From the NCBI GenBank assembly GCA_963783575.1, contig CAWAOD010000004.1:64001-128000 (forward strand): DNA of 64,000 nt, read 5' to 3'. The notes below the pieces were generated by a model. It ran no database searches and had not been told where the DNA came from. It saw only the letters and a list, made by a program, of their open reading frames with translations. This document shows, piece by piece, positions 38,771-49,440 of the stretch. Within the stretch, counting starts at the first letter, position 1. Every line of letters begins with the position of its first letter. The translations under genes were made by a program, and so were the position numbers. This DNA comes from an uncultured Spirochaetota bacterium. Lineage in GTDB: Bacteria > Spirochaetota > Brevinematia > Brevinematales > JAOACQ01.

Positions 38771-40072
38771 ATGAATAAGAAAATAATTATTTTGCTGATT
38801 CTGGCCGCGGTTGTCATCATTACGGTTTTATCGGTGGTTATTATAGGAAATAATAAAGATAAAAAAACCTTTCAGTTTGTTAAGGTAGAAAGGGGGAATC
38901 TGGAAGCCGCTATTTCCAGTACCGGTACTCTGGTTTTATTGGTGCCGGAAACAGTGAATGTTAACGCCAGGATATCGGGAACGGTTTCAAAAATCCTGGT
39001 CGATTATAACCAGAAAGTTTATGCCGGTCAGACTCTCGCGCAGCTGGATAGCGATCTTTTAAAACTGGCACTGGAACAGGCCCAGTATGCTTACGATAAG
39101 TCTATGGTGGCCCTTTCGCAGGCGCAATGGAATTTTGACACTACAAAGGGACTTTTCGATCAAAAATTCAAGTCCAAGACCGATATGGACACTGCGCAAT
39201 TCAGTCTTGATTCTGCCAAATCGGATGTTCAGGCTGCAAAATCAGGGCTTGATACGGCAAAATTGAACCTGAAATACGCGGATATCACATCACCGATTAA
39301 CGGCGTTGTAATCGATGAGAATATTAATATAGGACAGCAGGTCGGTACCAGCTCCGGTTCCAATTATCTTTTCATCATCACAAAAGATATTACAAAAATG
39401 CAGATCAACGCTACCGTTGATGAAAGCGACATAAGTAAAATTTCCATCGGCCAGCCGGTACGCTTTACCGTTCAGTCTTATCAGGACAAGACCTTTGCAG
39501 GTAAAGTCAGCGCGATACATCTCCAGCCTCAGACCATACAGAATGTTGTCAATTATACTGTTGTTGTTGATGTGGACAATAAAGATAAAATGCTAATGCC
39601 CGGAATGACAGCAACGGCCAGCATAATTGTGGATAACAGAACAAACGTTTTAAAAGTGCCGAACTCCGCGTTTAAGTTCAGGCCTACCGCTGAAATGATG
39701 AAAAAGTTCGGTATAAGGATAAATCAGCAGGGAAGGGGAAATTATAGCGGTCAGGGCGCGAATCAGGGCGGCGGTAATCCTTCGGGATCCGGCCAGCAGG
39801 GGCAACAGGGCCAGCAGGGCAGGAGCGTACTCTGGACATATAATGAAAAAACGGGTAAGTTGGGAAGAGCTATTGTAAAACTGGGAATGAACGACGGCCA
39901 GATGACCGAGGTTGAGTCCCTGACTTTCGGGAGCAATACAAGCATCCTTACAGATGGTATGCAGGCAATATCCGCATATACCACGCCTGTGAAATCCCCC
40001 GGCCAGCAGAGCCAGCCAAGCCTGTTTAACGCATTCGGCGGCGGCGGCAGAGGTCCCGGGCCGATGAGATGA
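38771..40072 (+). CDS. Efflux periplasmic adaptor subunit (MacA-like)
   Basis: ISGTV..I.VDYN, ITSPINGVV, VDESDI and LMPGMTA motifs. Confidence 0.9.
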   Translation: MNKKIIILLILAAVVIITVLSVVIIGNNKDKKTFQFVKVERGNLEAAISSTGTLVLLVPETVNVNARISGTVSKILVDYNQKVYAGQTLAQLDSDLLKLALEQAQYAYDKSMVALSQAQWNFDTTKGLFDQKFKSKTDMDTAQFSLDSAKSDVQAAKSGLDTAKLNLKYADITSPINGVVIDENINIGQQVGTSSGSNYLFIITKDITKMQINATVDESDISKISIGQPVRFTVQSYQDKTFAGKVSAIHLQPQTIQNVVNYTVVVDVDNKDKMLMPGMTATASIIVDNRTNVLKVPNSAFKFRPTAEMMKKFGIRINQQGRGNYSGQGANQGGGNPSGSGQQGQQGQQGRSVLWTYNEKTGKLGRAIVKLGMNDGQMTEVESLTFGSNTSILTDGMQAISAYTTPVKSPGQQSQPSLFNAFGGGGRGPGPMR

Positions 40073-40112
40073 TGATGGTTCATCATGAAAAATCAATCTA
40101 AAAGAGGCTGAA

Positions 40113-40838
40113 ATGGAAACAAATAATGAAGTCATACGAGTTGAAAATGTTGTAAAGGTTTATGATGCAGACGGTTCCGGTGAAGCCCGTGTAGAAGCGC
40201 TTAAGGGAATAGACCTGACGGTTAAAACCGGCGAGTTTATAGCAATAATGGGCGCGTCAGGCTCGGGTAAAAGCACGTTTATGAATATTCTGGGCTGTCT
40301 TGACCTTGCGACCTCAGGCAATTACTACCTGGACGGTATCCTTGTCAACAGCTTGTCAAAAGACGAACTCAGCTCCATAAGAAACCAGAAAATCGGTTTT
40401 GTTTTCCAGGGGTTTAATCTGCTTTCAAGAACTAACGCTCTTGAAAATGTCGAACTGCCCATGCTTTACAGCAGAAATGATCAAAAAGATATTGAACCAA
40501 AGAAATTAGCGATAGAGGCTTTGAAGAAAGTGGGCCTGAGCGATAGGATGCACCATCATCCCAACCAGCTTTCCGGCGGCCAGCAGCAGAGGGTTGCCGT
40601 CGCCAGAGCGCTGGTAAACAATCCCAATATTATCCTCGCCGATGAACCGACAGGCAACCTTGATACAAAAACAAGCAATGAAATAATGGCACTCTTCCAG
40701 GAATTAAACGACCAGGGAATAACCGTAGTTCTTGTCACACATGAGCATGATATAGCTGAATTTTCAAAAAGGATCGTTGAATTCCGGGATGGGAACATCA
40801 TAAAGGATGTCGGGATCGAACAGAAAAGGAGTAAATAA
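40113..40838 (+). CDS. ABC transporter ATP-binding protein (MacB-like)
   Basis: GASGSGKST, LSGGQQQRVA and ADEPTGNLD motifs. Confidence 0.95.
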   Translation: METNNEVIRVENVVKVYDADGSGEARVEALKGIDLTVKTGEFIAIMGASGSGKSTFMNILGCLDLATSGNYYLDGILVNSLSKDELSSIRNQKIGFVFQGFNLLSRTNALENVELPMLYSRNDQKDIEPKKLAIEALKKVGLSDRMHHHPNQLSGGQQQRVAVARALVNNPNIILADEPTGNLDTKTSNEIMALFQELNDQGITVVLVTHEHDIAEFSKRIVEFRDGNIIKDVGIEQKRSK

Positions 40839-40839
40839 A

Positions 40840-42057
40840 ATGATAATAATAAGCCTGTTTAAAATAGCCCTGCAGTCGATCTTAAAAAATAAGATGAGAA
40901 GCTTTCTTACGACGCTTGGAATAATTATCGGCATCTGTTCCGTGATCGTTATGGTCGCGATAGGTACCGGGGCACAGAAACAGATTCAGGATCAGATAAA
41001 CAGCCTGGGGGTCAATCTGCTGACAGTTTTCCCGGTTGCTTTCAGGCAGGGTGGCGTGAGTCTGGGTGGAGGGACTGGTTCCCGGCTTACATTCGACGAT
41101 GTGGACAAATTGAAAAAAGAAGCGACACTTTTATCCGGGGTTTCTCCTATGTCGAGAATCGGCGCGCAGGTCATCGGGGGAACAGGCAACTGGGCTACCT
41201 CGGTTTACGGCGTATCGCCGGATTTCCTTGGTATCCGTCTCTGGACAATAGCCGAAGGAAATCCTTTTACAGACACCGACGTTAAAGTATATGCCAAAGT
41301 CTGCATTCTTGGGCAAACTGTGTCGTCAAACCTTTTCGGCGATGCAAATCCTGTTGGTCAAACTGTCCGCATAAGAAATGTCCCGGTTAAAGTGATCGGC
41401 GTTCTTCAAAAAAAGGGTTTTTCCGCGGGCGGGCAGGACCAGGACGACCTTATCCTGGCGCCATATACGACAGTCCAATTCCGCATAAGCAATAACAGAT
41501 ATATCAATCAGATTCTCTGCAGCAGCGTTTCACCCGAACAGATGAGCGCCGCCCAGGATGAGATAACGTCAATAATGAGACAATCGCATAAAATACCCGA
41601 AGGGTCAGATAACGATTTCAGCATAATGAACCAGACTGATGTAATAAATACAGCCAATCAAACAACCGGAATTCTCACTGCCTTTCTGGCCTCTGTTGCC
41701 GGTATATCCTTACTTGTGGGAGGAATCGGTATTATGAATATTATGCTTGTGTCTGTGACCGAAAGGACCAGGGAAATTGGCATACGAATGGCTGTCGGGG
41801 CCCGGGAAAACGATATTCTGACTCAATTCCTTGTTGAAGCTGTTGTACTCTGCCTTATCGGGGGTGCCGCGGGGATTATTTTAGGCTTCATCATCGCTTT
41901 TGTGATTAAAATAGCTTCCGGAATATATGTGGTGTTTTCCATACCGATCATTTTCCTTGCCTTTTTCTTCTCGCTTTTTGTCGGCGTTTTCTTCGGTTTC
42001 TATCCTGCCAGAAGGGCCGCGGGGTTAAACCCGATTGAAGCCTTGCGGTATGAATAA
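40840..42057 (+). CDS. ABC transporter permease (MacB-like)
   Basis: NKMRSFLT.LGIIIG, VGGIGIMNIMLVSVTERTREIGIR and PIEALRYE motifs. Confidence 0.95.
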   Translation: MIIISLFKIALQSILKNKMRSFLTTLGIIIGICSVIVMVAIGTGAQKQIQDQINSLGVNLLTVFPVAFRQGGVSLGGGTGSRLTFDDVDKLKKEATLLSGVSPMSRIGAQVIGGTGNWATSVYGVSPDFLGIRLWTIAEGNPFTDTDVKVYAKVCILGQTVSSNLFGDANPVGQTVRIRNVPVKVIGVLQKKGFSAGGQDQDDLILAPYTTVQFRISNNRYINQILCSSVSPEQMSAAQDEITSIMRQSHKIPEGSDNDFSIMNQTDVINTANQTTGILTAFLASVAGISLLVGGIGIMNIMLVSVTERTREIGIRMAVGARENDILTQFLVEAVVLCLIGGAAGIILGFIIAFVIKIASGIYVVFSIPIIFLAFFFSLFVGVFFGFYPARRAAGLNPIEALRYE

Positions 42058-42063
42058 ATATCC

Positions 42064-43791
42064 TTACTCAATCACCAAAATATCATAATATTCCAGTTTA
42101 TCAATACTTAAAATAATGTCTTTTCCGGAATGTTTGAAATTTATGGTTTCATTGGTTGCCCTGTCAGGTGATACCAGAATAGCCGCCGAGGGTTCTTCGT
42201 TCATCGGAAAAGTTATTGTAATATTTGTCTGGGGAATAATCCGGCGGTTGTAATTATGATTTATGAGATGCAGCAGATACCGTTTTCTGACCGGCTGGAA
42301 AGCCAGGTTATACTCGATCCCGGGCTTATCAACGGTTATGTTTTCATCAGTATTTACCGCATCCATATAAATATCAGCGTTCTTTTTATAAAAAGAGGAA
42401 TAATCCTTTAAGAAATCCATTATTCCGGATACCGAGGCTGTCGGTTCATCCGGCATTGACGATCTCAAGTGAAAAGCGAAATACAGGCCGCAGGCATAGG
42501 CTTCGGCGGCATATATCCTCCAGAAGTCCTTTTTTTCAGAGAGGGGCAGGTGATAATACCCGTTGATCATCGGGCAGGGCCAGTCCATAAACATAACAAG
42601 CGGCGCATTACCCGATGTTTCCCTGCTCCGGTCAAGCATTTTTAGATAGATACCCTTCAATGATTTGTAGCCGACCAGGTGTCCGTAAAGTACCGGGACA
42701 TAATCCGCTTCCTTTCCGTTGTCGTCATTGTTGCCGTTGTAAAGCCCGAGGCTGTTGAAATCCATCCAGGGAAATATGCCGTTCGCGGTTAAAAGGATTT
42801 CCTTTGAATATTTTTCCCGCGCATATTTTCTCAATTCTGAGACAATTTGCTTAATATAGAGATTCATATATTTCCCGGTAAAACTTCCGTCTTTGATATT
42901 TATGCGGTTAGCTATGACGCGTCCCCATTCGGATGACAGCGGATTGTCTGATGTATGGGGATTCGATTCCCATCCGTTTTTTTGTAAATATTTTCTGTAA
43001 TTGAAATTTTTTTCAATATCGAAATAAGGTATATCGCGTCTGATAATATTATCAGGAGTCATTTTAAAATTTCTTCTCCAGTCGTTTGCCGTATAATCCG
43101 GGTATTTTACCATCAGATACCAGTTGAAATCCCTGATGAAATAATCGTCAAAGCCCTCATTCCCGTTCCAGTTCCATTGTGTCCCGCCTGTATAACCCGC
43201 GTTCAGTTCATCCAGGAAAAGACCGTCAACCCCAAGATCGATCTGCTTTTTCAGCCAGGATACAAGGTAAACGCGGTAAGCCGGGTTTGCCAGCGAACAC
43301 CTGTAAGCGCCGCGGCTAATATAGGAATGTTCCACAAGGTTTCCTTTTGCGTCCCTTGTCGCCCAATCCATAAACTGATTATTATTTGAAGCCTCATTCC
43401 TGAATACAACCGACATTGTTCCCCCGGCTATAAAAAGTATGTTTCTGGGATGGCAGTTGTTTATATAGTTTTGATAATAATCGCTGATGTTTGTTCCCCA
43501 TATATCCCATTTCTGCCAGGCCCTTAAATTGATATCCGGCCGGAATAAATAAACCTGCGGATCATCCTTATCCGTCCCAACCTGTGAAAACCCATAGACA
43601 GAAATATTTGTAAGTTTATAATTTCCCGCCGGATCCCCATCAACCTCAAAGTCTTTAAGGTTGGCCGGATCGGTGTATGAAGAATTCGATAGCAAGCCAT
43701 TTTCAACTGCGCAGGCGGAAGCCGGTATAAATATCCATTCGATTACTGAAAAAATGACAATAAAAATTAATAGCCTTAAGGATGATTTCAT
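42064..43791 (-). CDS. Secreted protein, probable glycoside hydrolase-like TIM barrel
   Basis: Signal peptide; NPAYR..L...KKQID.GVDGLFLDE; C-terminal LHLINHNY beta domain. Confidence 0.55.
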   Translation of the reverse strand: MKSSLRLLIFIVIFSVIEWIFIPASACAVENGLLSNSSYTDPANLKDFEVDGDPAGNYKLTNISVYGFSQVGTDKDDPQVYLFRPDINLRAWQKWDIWGTNISDYYQNYINNCHPRNILFIAGGTMSVVFRNEASNNNQFMDWATRDAKGNLVEHSYISRGAYRCSLANPAYRVYLVSWLKKQIDLGVDGLFLDELNAGYTGGTQWNWNGNEGFDDYFIRDFNWYLMVKYPDYTANDWRRNFKMTPDNIIRRDIPYFDIEKNFNYRKYLQKNGWESNPHTSDNPLSSEWGRVIANRINIKDGSFTGKYMNLYIKQIVSELRKYAREKYSKEILLTANGIFPWMDFNSLGLYNGNNDDNGKEADYVPVLYGHLVGYKSLKGIYLKMLDRSRETSGNAPLVMFMDWPCPMINGYYHLPLSEKKDFWRIYAAEAYACGLYFAFHLRSSMPDEPTASVSGIMDFLKDYSSFYKKNADIYMDAVNTDENITVDKPGIEYNLAFQPVRKRYLLHLINHNYNRRIIPQTNITITFPMNEEPSAAILVSPDRATNETINFKHSGKDIILSIDKLEYYDILVIE

Positions 43792-43909
43792 TTAAACTCC
43801 TTTTTGATGAATAGGTCATGTTGCGAATGGTAGAAAATAATGAAAGAATATTTTTTTAGCAATATATTTTCCATAAAATAATTATGAAATAATAACGAGT
43901 AAAAATCAA

Positions 43910-44995
43910 TTAGTCGATAGATTCAGCGTTTTTCGATTCAATGAGAAATAAGGCTGTATCTTCAGTAATAATATCCACAAGATTTTGAGGAAGGGTTTCC
44001 CAGCAGGTTTGGAATCCGTTATTCTTTAATATCCCTGTATTTAATTTTGAAACCAGCCTCGGGCCGATGAATTTACCGATATCTTTATATCTTCCGGAAA
44101 AAATAATATAATCGACTGGCCCGATTGCCGCCATACCGCTTCCGCAGAACAGCAGAAGTTTATAAAGGAACATTTCCCTTGCTTCAATGTTAACCTTATT
44201 ATCCGTTAAAAATATATCCTGAAGCGTTTTTCCGGTTTCAACAAGACCTGCTATGCCGCTTTCTCCGGTCAAAGTATTATTGATCTCTTCGAGTCCCATA
44301 TGCAGGCTTTGAGCTATCTGTATAATTATTCCGGGATCGATGTCGCCGCTTGTGGTGTCGCCAAAAAGCCCTTCGAGAGGCGTGGTTCCCGAAGTTACAG
44401 TCACAGGTCTTAAACCCAGAACAGCCGAAACCTCCGGCCTTGGCTCAAGGCAAATAGAGACGACTCTTGCGGGCCGGTCAGCGGCTTTTTGCCGCATAAG
44501 TTTTCCGGCATATATTGCGGCGGCTTCATGGCATAATCCATGATAGCCGAATTTACGGATTTTTCTGTTGCTTAAAATATCTGGGTTGATTGCATAACTG
44601 AATTCCCTTGAAGGTAAATTGGTGAAAAAAGCGGTCTCAAAAATAAGAACAATCGGAACTCCGGTGAATATTTCCCTGCAGGCCGCCGCCAGCTCGATTA
44701 CAGCGGGCATATGCAGGGGAAATCGTGGTACCAGTTCTTTTAAAGACGGTAAAATATCATCTGAAAATAAAACAGGGCCGCGGAATTTTTCACCTCCATA
44801 GATTACCCTTAAAGCTATGGCATCGGGAAATACCGAAATTTCAGCCGCCACATTTAAAATCCTCCTCCGGATTTCAGCAATTACATCGATAATTTCTTTG
44901 GTTTCCCTGTAATTTTCAATAGTAGCGCTTATCCCTCCTCCGGAAAAATCATATTTAATGGAATTTCTTCCTGGATCTAAAACCAGTACATTCAT
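43910..44995 (-). CDS. Acetate kinase-like protein with degenerate motifs
   Basis: DPGRNSIKY, ALRVIYGG, PLHMP, FETAFF, FGYHGLCH, TPLEGL and SGDIDPG align to AckA motifs with substitutions. Confidence 0.75.
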   Translation of the reverse strand: MNVLVLDPGRNSIKYDFSGGGISATIENYRETKEIIDVIAEIRRRILNVAAEISVFPDAIALRVIYGGEKFRGPVLFSDDILPSLKELVPRFPLHMPAVIELAAACREIFTGVPIVLIFETAFFTNLPSREFSYAINPDILSNRKIRKFGYHGLCHEAAAIYAGKLMRQKAADRPARVVSICLEPRPEVSAVLGLRPVTVTSGTTPLEGLFGDTTSGDIDPGIIIQIAQSLHMGLEEINNTLTGESGIAGLVETGKTLQDIFLTDNKVNIEAREMFLYKLLLFCGSGMAAIGPVDYIIFSGRYKDIGKFIGPRLVSKLNTGILKNNGFQTCWETLPQNLVDIITEDTALFLIESKNAESID

Positions 44996-46211
44996 ATATT
45001 CTCCTTTATTTTGAATATTATACCTGCCGTTTCCCTCGCGATTTCCAGCTCTTCATTCGTGGCTATAACAAGCAGCCTCACCGGACTGCCGTTTGAGGCA
45101 ACATCGGCGGGCAGCATCTTAACCGAACTATTCTTACTTTCATTGATTTCTATGCCGAATGCTTCCATTCCGGCACAGACAGACTGCCTGACTTCGGGGA
45201 TTGTTTCTCCGATGGTATCGGTAAAAATAACCGCATCGGGGATGCCGACCACGGCAAGATATGAACCGAGAGCTTTGCGGATGCGCCACAAATAAACCTG
45301 CAGAGTCAGTTCAAGCCTTTCGTCATTTCTTCCTTTACCGTTTAATCCGTTGATGATATCCCTGATGTCGCCTGACACACCCGAGAGGCCCAATACACCG
45401 CTTTTTTTATTCAGAATGTTCTCAAGTTCCTTAAAATCTCCGCCTGAAAGAAGCGTCAGTTGAAGCGCAAAAGCCGGGTCAATATCCCCGCTCCTTGTGC
45501 TCATAACAAGCCCCGGCAGCGGGGAATATCCCATAGTATTGTCGGCCGACCTGCCGTTAATAACCGCGCAGAGGCTCGCGCCCCCGCTTCCAAGATGACA
45601 GCTGACGGCATTAATTTTTTCAACGGGCTTATTCAAAAATTTCGCGGCTTCTGTTATAACATATTTATGGCTTGTACCATGAAAACCGAATTTTTTAATT
45701 CCCAGTTTATTGATAATATCTTTCGGAAGGGGATAACTCGCGGCATAATCGGGAATTGTAGAGTGATATACCGTGTCAAAAACTGCAGCCTGTTTTAAAC
45801 CCGGGTAAAGCCTGTGGCATGAATCGATCAGGGCAATTGCCGGAGGATTATGTATCGGCGCAAAACCCAGAGTCCTTTTTAATTTGACTATTGCTTCATG
45901 GTCGATAAAACATGTTTTTTGAAAATACCTCCGTCATGGACCACTCTGTGCCCGATTGCGTCAACCGGATGGCCCTTTCCGCCGGATAAAAGTTTGAGAA
46001 TCTCCTCAAAAGCCCTTTCATGGCTCGGCATATCCACTATGATCTTTTCCTCAATACCCTTTTCCCTGTGCAGTATCATCGATGGTTCCGCCGTTTTCGG
46101 CCCGATCCTCTGAGCCTCACCCCCGGCAATTTCCCTCTCCGAGGGCATCTCAATCAGCCTGTATTTCAACGATGAACTGCCGCAATTGAAAACCAATATA
46201 TTCACATTCAC
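44992..46211 (-). CDS. ackA: Acetate/propionate family kinase (frameshift near 45905)
   Basis: NCGSSSLKY and GHRVVH; after restoring one T: APIHNPP, VFDT, FGFHGTSH, CHLGSG, MSTRSGDIDP, ATNEE. Confidence 0.85.
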
Positions 46212-46281
46212 TTTTTTCTCCAATTTTATCTATACTCTCTGGATATTTACTTAACAACAGAAAGTTGTATCTTCCGCTAAA

Positions 46282-46373
46282 CCAAGTAACATAAGGAGCA
46301 CGGATGCTCCATGATAGTTTCCATTTTATCACAAAGGCAGTCGAACGATAGTTCGACAGCGGCACGATGCCGC
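46282..46373 (-). repeat. Three-hairpin repeat, copy B
   Basis: GCGGC-atcgt-GCCGC, GTCGAAC-tatc-GTTCGAC, GGAGC-atccgt-GCTCC, tail ATGTTACTTGG. Confidence 0.7.
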
Positions 46374-47591
46374 CTAGATTTCATCGATTGTCCATCCGTA
46401 AACAGGCACCCCGGCCAGTCCCTGAACCATTACAGCAGTACCGAATATGCATTCCTTAAGCTTTTCAATCTCTACATATTCGTCAATTTCATGAGCGTTT
46501 GATTCATTTCCCGGCCCATAGCCGATTACAGGAATGTTAAACTCGCTATTTAAAACTCCGCCTGAAGTTCCCATTCCGATTTTCCCGAGTTTCCATTTCC
46601 CGCTTTTTACCTCACAGCCCGATGCGAGAAGAGATTGGCGCGCCCTTTCCATCATAGGATGAAAAGGGTCGGTCTCCCAGGCCCTGGCAAAATAAAGAGC
46701 GGTTGCCTTCCGTCCCGTATAAAACTCCTGATTTTCTTTCTTAATAAAGGCATTAACTGCGACTTTTCCTGCCGATTTAGATGCAGAAGCCGCTCTTTTC
46801 CCCATATTGTCAACTATATTTTCCGGCACTTCGCCTTTGTAAAGCCTGCTTTTAAAGCTAAGTAAAGAATGTTTTGTATCATTAATGGAATCATAATAAT
46901 CCCTGTCGACAGAATATTGACTGTCACCGCTTTCGCCGCTGCTTTCAGCAAGCTCATTTGAAACAACTTCTACCGCATCCTCAACCTCAAAAGCGTTATG
47001 ACTTTCAAGTTTTACATCGATTTCCATCCAGCCATCATGCCCGTAATACATACCGAGTTCGGTCGGTTCACCGAGGATTGCAAAATCAGGAGGCATAGAA
47101 AGTCCGGGCAGAGTTTCACTCATTAAAAACCTTGTTCCAAGGCTCAAACCGTTTTCTTCCGCAACGGTTGCGGCGACAATAATATTACCCCGCATAGGCA
47201 GGAGGCTTTTTTTAAGTAAGGCTCCGGCATATACCTGTGCCGCAATTCCGCCTTTACAGTCGCTTGAACCTCTTCCGAATATTTTCCCATCGCTAAGTGT
47301 ACCGGAATATGGCGGATAGTTCCATACTTCATCCTGCCCGACATCCACGGTGTCTATGTGTGAAGACAGTAAAACCGATGGTTTTTGTTCCCTTCCGTAC
47401 ATAATACCGATCACATTGCCAGCGCCGTCACGGAAAACTTTATCATAATCAAGCTTTCGCATTTCCTTTTCCACAAGATCGGCAGCCTTTTCTTCATTTA
47501 AACTCACACTGGGAACTTTGATCAGCCTGGATGCAAACTGTATCGCATCATTTGACATCCAATTGCATTTGCCTTTTAACATCTGATACAT
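46374..47591 (-). CDS. M20 family metallo-hydrolase (YgeY/DapE/ArgE-like)
   Basis: SHIDTV, GRGSSDCKGG, AEE, GEPT and GPG....AH..DE motifs. Confidence 0.85.
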   Translation of the reverse strand: MYQMLKGKCNWMSNDAIQFASRLIKVPSVSLNEEKAADLVEKEMRKLDYDKVFRDGAGNVIGIMYGREQKPSVLLSSHIDTVDVGQDEVWNYPPYSGTLSDGKIFGRGSSDCKGGIAAQVYAGALLKKSLLPMRGNIIVAATVAEENGLSLGTRFLMSETLPGLSMPPDFAILGEPTELGMYYGHDGWMEIDVKLESHNAFEVEDAVEVVSNELAESSGESGDSQYSVDRDYYDSINDTKHSLLSFKSRLYKGEVPENIVDNMGKRAASASKSAGKVAVNAFIKKENQEFYTGRKATALYFARAWETDPFHPMMERARQSLLASGCEVKSGKWKLGKIGMGTSGGVLNSEFNIPVIGYGPGNESNAHEIDEYVEIEKLKECIFGTAVMVQGLAGVPVYGWTIDEI

Positions 47592-47626
47592 ATAAACTCC
47601 TTATATTTATTTTTCTGTATAATTAG

Positions 47627-47753
47627 TGCAAATTATGTGCCAATGTATTTATGTGATTGATATCATTATAGTTAAATATTTATTTGAAAGAGTATATTTT
47701 TGACAAACATATAAATATGTTTCATAATGAAATATAAAAATATCAAAATGAAA
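47627..47753 (-). promoter_or_regulatory. Sigma54 promoter with IHF-like site and paired activator-binding palindromes
   Basis: Minus strand TGGCAC-ATAAT-TTGCA (47642-47627); TATCAAtcacATA at 47650-47662; TTTCATAATGAAA and TATCAAAATGAAA 21 bp apart (47720, 47741). Confidence 0.82.
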
Positions 47754-47767
47754 TAAATGGGGTTTAT

Positions 47768-49414
47768 ATGAAAGCCGAAAATTTGAAATTGGAAGAGTTC
47801 ATCGATATAGCCGAAGGCAGGATTGATTTCCATGGAAGAAGGCTTGTCCTGCATTCAATTAATGCCTTTGCCCAATTGAGAAGGGATTTGATAGAAAATA
47901 TCGGTGAAGATCAGGCAAGGCAGATATTCACAAGGTTCGGATATTTTTCAGGCCAGGCGGATGCCGCCGCGATGAAGCGAATATTCGGCTGGGACAATTT
48001 AACAGAGCTTTTAAAAGCCGGCCCGAAAATGCATTCCATTATGGGGATAGCAAGGATGGTCACAAAAACACTTGATATTGAAGAGAAAACAAACAGGTTT
48101 AATATGGAAGTCATCCTCTATGACTCCGGTGAAGCCGAAGAGCATATTCTAGAGATCGGAAAGTCTGCCGGCCCGGTTTGCTGGATGATGACCGGTTATG
48201 CAAGCGGCTTCGCATCATTCTGCCTGGGGTATAATGTCTATTTTAAAGAGACCAAATGCATGGCCGGCGGTGATGAGATATGTTACGCTGTCGGCAGGGA
48301 TGAATTGTCCTGGGGCGATCAAATCAGGGAAATACGAACTTATTTTCAGGCAGAGGATATAAAGGGTAAGGTTCAAAAATTGACGGAAACCATCAAAAAA
48401 AAGACAACCCAGCTTGAAAAGCAGAAATGGAAATTCAAACAGCTGGAACATGGCGGAATAAACGGCAAGGACATGTTTATTGAGGCCCTGAGCCGGACTT
48501 TCCAGAAAGCGCTGGATATTGCCTACCGCGTTTCCCGGTTTGAAAGTTCGGTACTGATAACCGGTGAAACAGGAACCGGAAAGGAAGTCCTCGCCCGTTA
48601 TATCCACAGGAATTCCATCCGCTCGACCGGAAAGTTTGTGGCGATAAACTGCGCCGCTCTTCCGGAAACCCTTCTTGAAAGCGAGCTTTTTGGGCACAAA
48701 GCCGGCTCATTTACCGGCGCGGTTCGTGACAGAACGGGTCTTTTTGAAGAGGCCAATAACGGCACAATATTTCTGGACGAGATCGGCGACGTTTCGCCCG
48801 CGATGCAGTCTAGGCTTCTCAGGGTACTCCAGGAAAAAGAAATAGTCAGGCTGGGAGAGAACATTCCGAGGAAAATCAATTCAAGAGTTATAGCGGCCAC
48901 AAACCGTAATCTATTGAATGATGTCCGGGATGGAAAATTCCGTGAAGACTTGCTATACAGGATAAGGGTCATTGAAATCGAGGTGCCTCCCCTCCGTGAA
49001 AGACAGGACGATATTCTTTCGCTTACCCGTTTTTTCATAAAAAAGCTCTCGAAAAAAATGAACCTTCCCAAACTCCGGCTTGATTCCACCTGCGCCGATT
49101 ATCTTCAAAATTATTCCTGGCCCGGTAATGTGAGGGAATTGGAAAATATCCTTGAAAGGGCTTCCGTTTTGACCGCAGATCAGACAATAAGGCCCGAGCA
49201 TCTTACATATTCCATAACTCATTTCTCAGCCGCAGACAGCGTCAAATATAACCCTTTATTGGTAACTCTGAATGAACTTGAGGCCGGCCATATCAAGAAA
49301 GTCCTGGAATTATCCGGGCAAAACAGGTCGAAAGCCGCAAAAGCGCTGGGTATAAGTCTTGCAACTTTGTGGAGAAAGCTTAAAATTTATGATAAATTGC
49401 CTGTTGACAAATAA
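47768..49414 (+). CDS. Sigma54-dependent activator with XylR-N/V4R sensor domain
   Basis: [14 protein letters not shown]...G...[23 protein letters not shown] and a Fis-type HTH. Confidence 0.93.
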   Translation: MKAENLKLEEFIDIAEGRIDFHGRRLVLHSINAFAQLRRDLIENIGEDQARQIFTRFGYFSGQADAAAMKRIFGWDNLTELLKAGPKMHSIMGIARMVTKTLDIEEKTNRFNMEVILYDSGEAEEHILEIGKSAGPVCWMMTGYASGFASFCLGYNVYFKETKCMAGGDEICYAVGRDELSWGDQIREIRTYFQAEDIKGKVQKLTETIKKKTTQLEKQKWKFKQLEHGGINGKDMFIEALSRTFQKALDIAYRVSRFESSVLITGETGTGKEVLARYIHRNSIRSTGKFVAINCAALPETLLESELFGHKAGSFTGAVRDRTGLFEEANNGTIFLDEIGDVSPAMQSRLLRVLQEKEIVRLGENIPRKINSRVIAATNRNLLNDVRDGKFREDLLYRIRVIEIEVPPLRERQDDILSLTRFFIKKLSKKMNLPKLRLDSTCADYLQNYSWPGNVRELENILERASVLTADQTIRPEHLTYSITHFSAADSVKYNPLLVTLNELEAGHIKKVLELSGQNRSKAAKALGISLATLWRKLKIYDKLPVDK

Positions 49415-49440
49415 AAATTTTTAATCCTGGAGGCAGAAAT

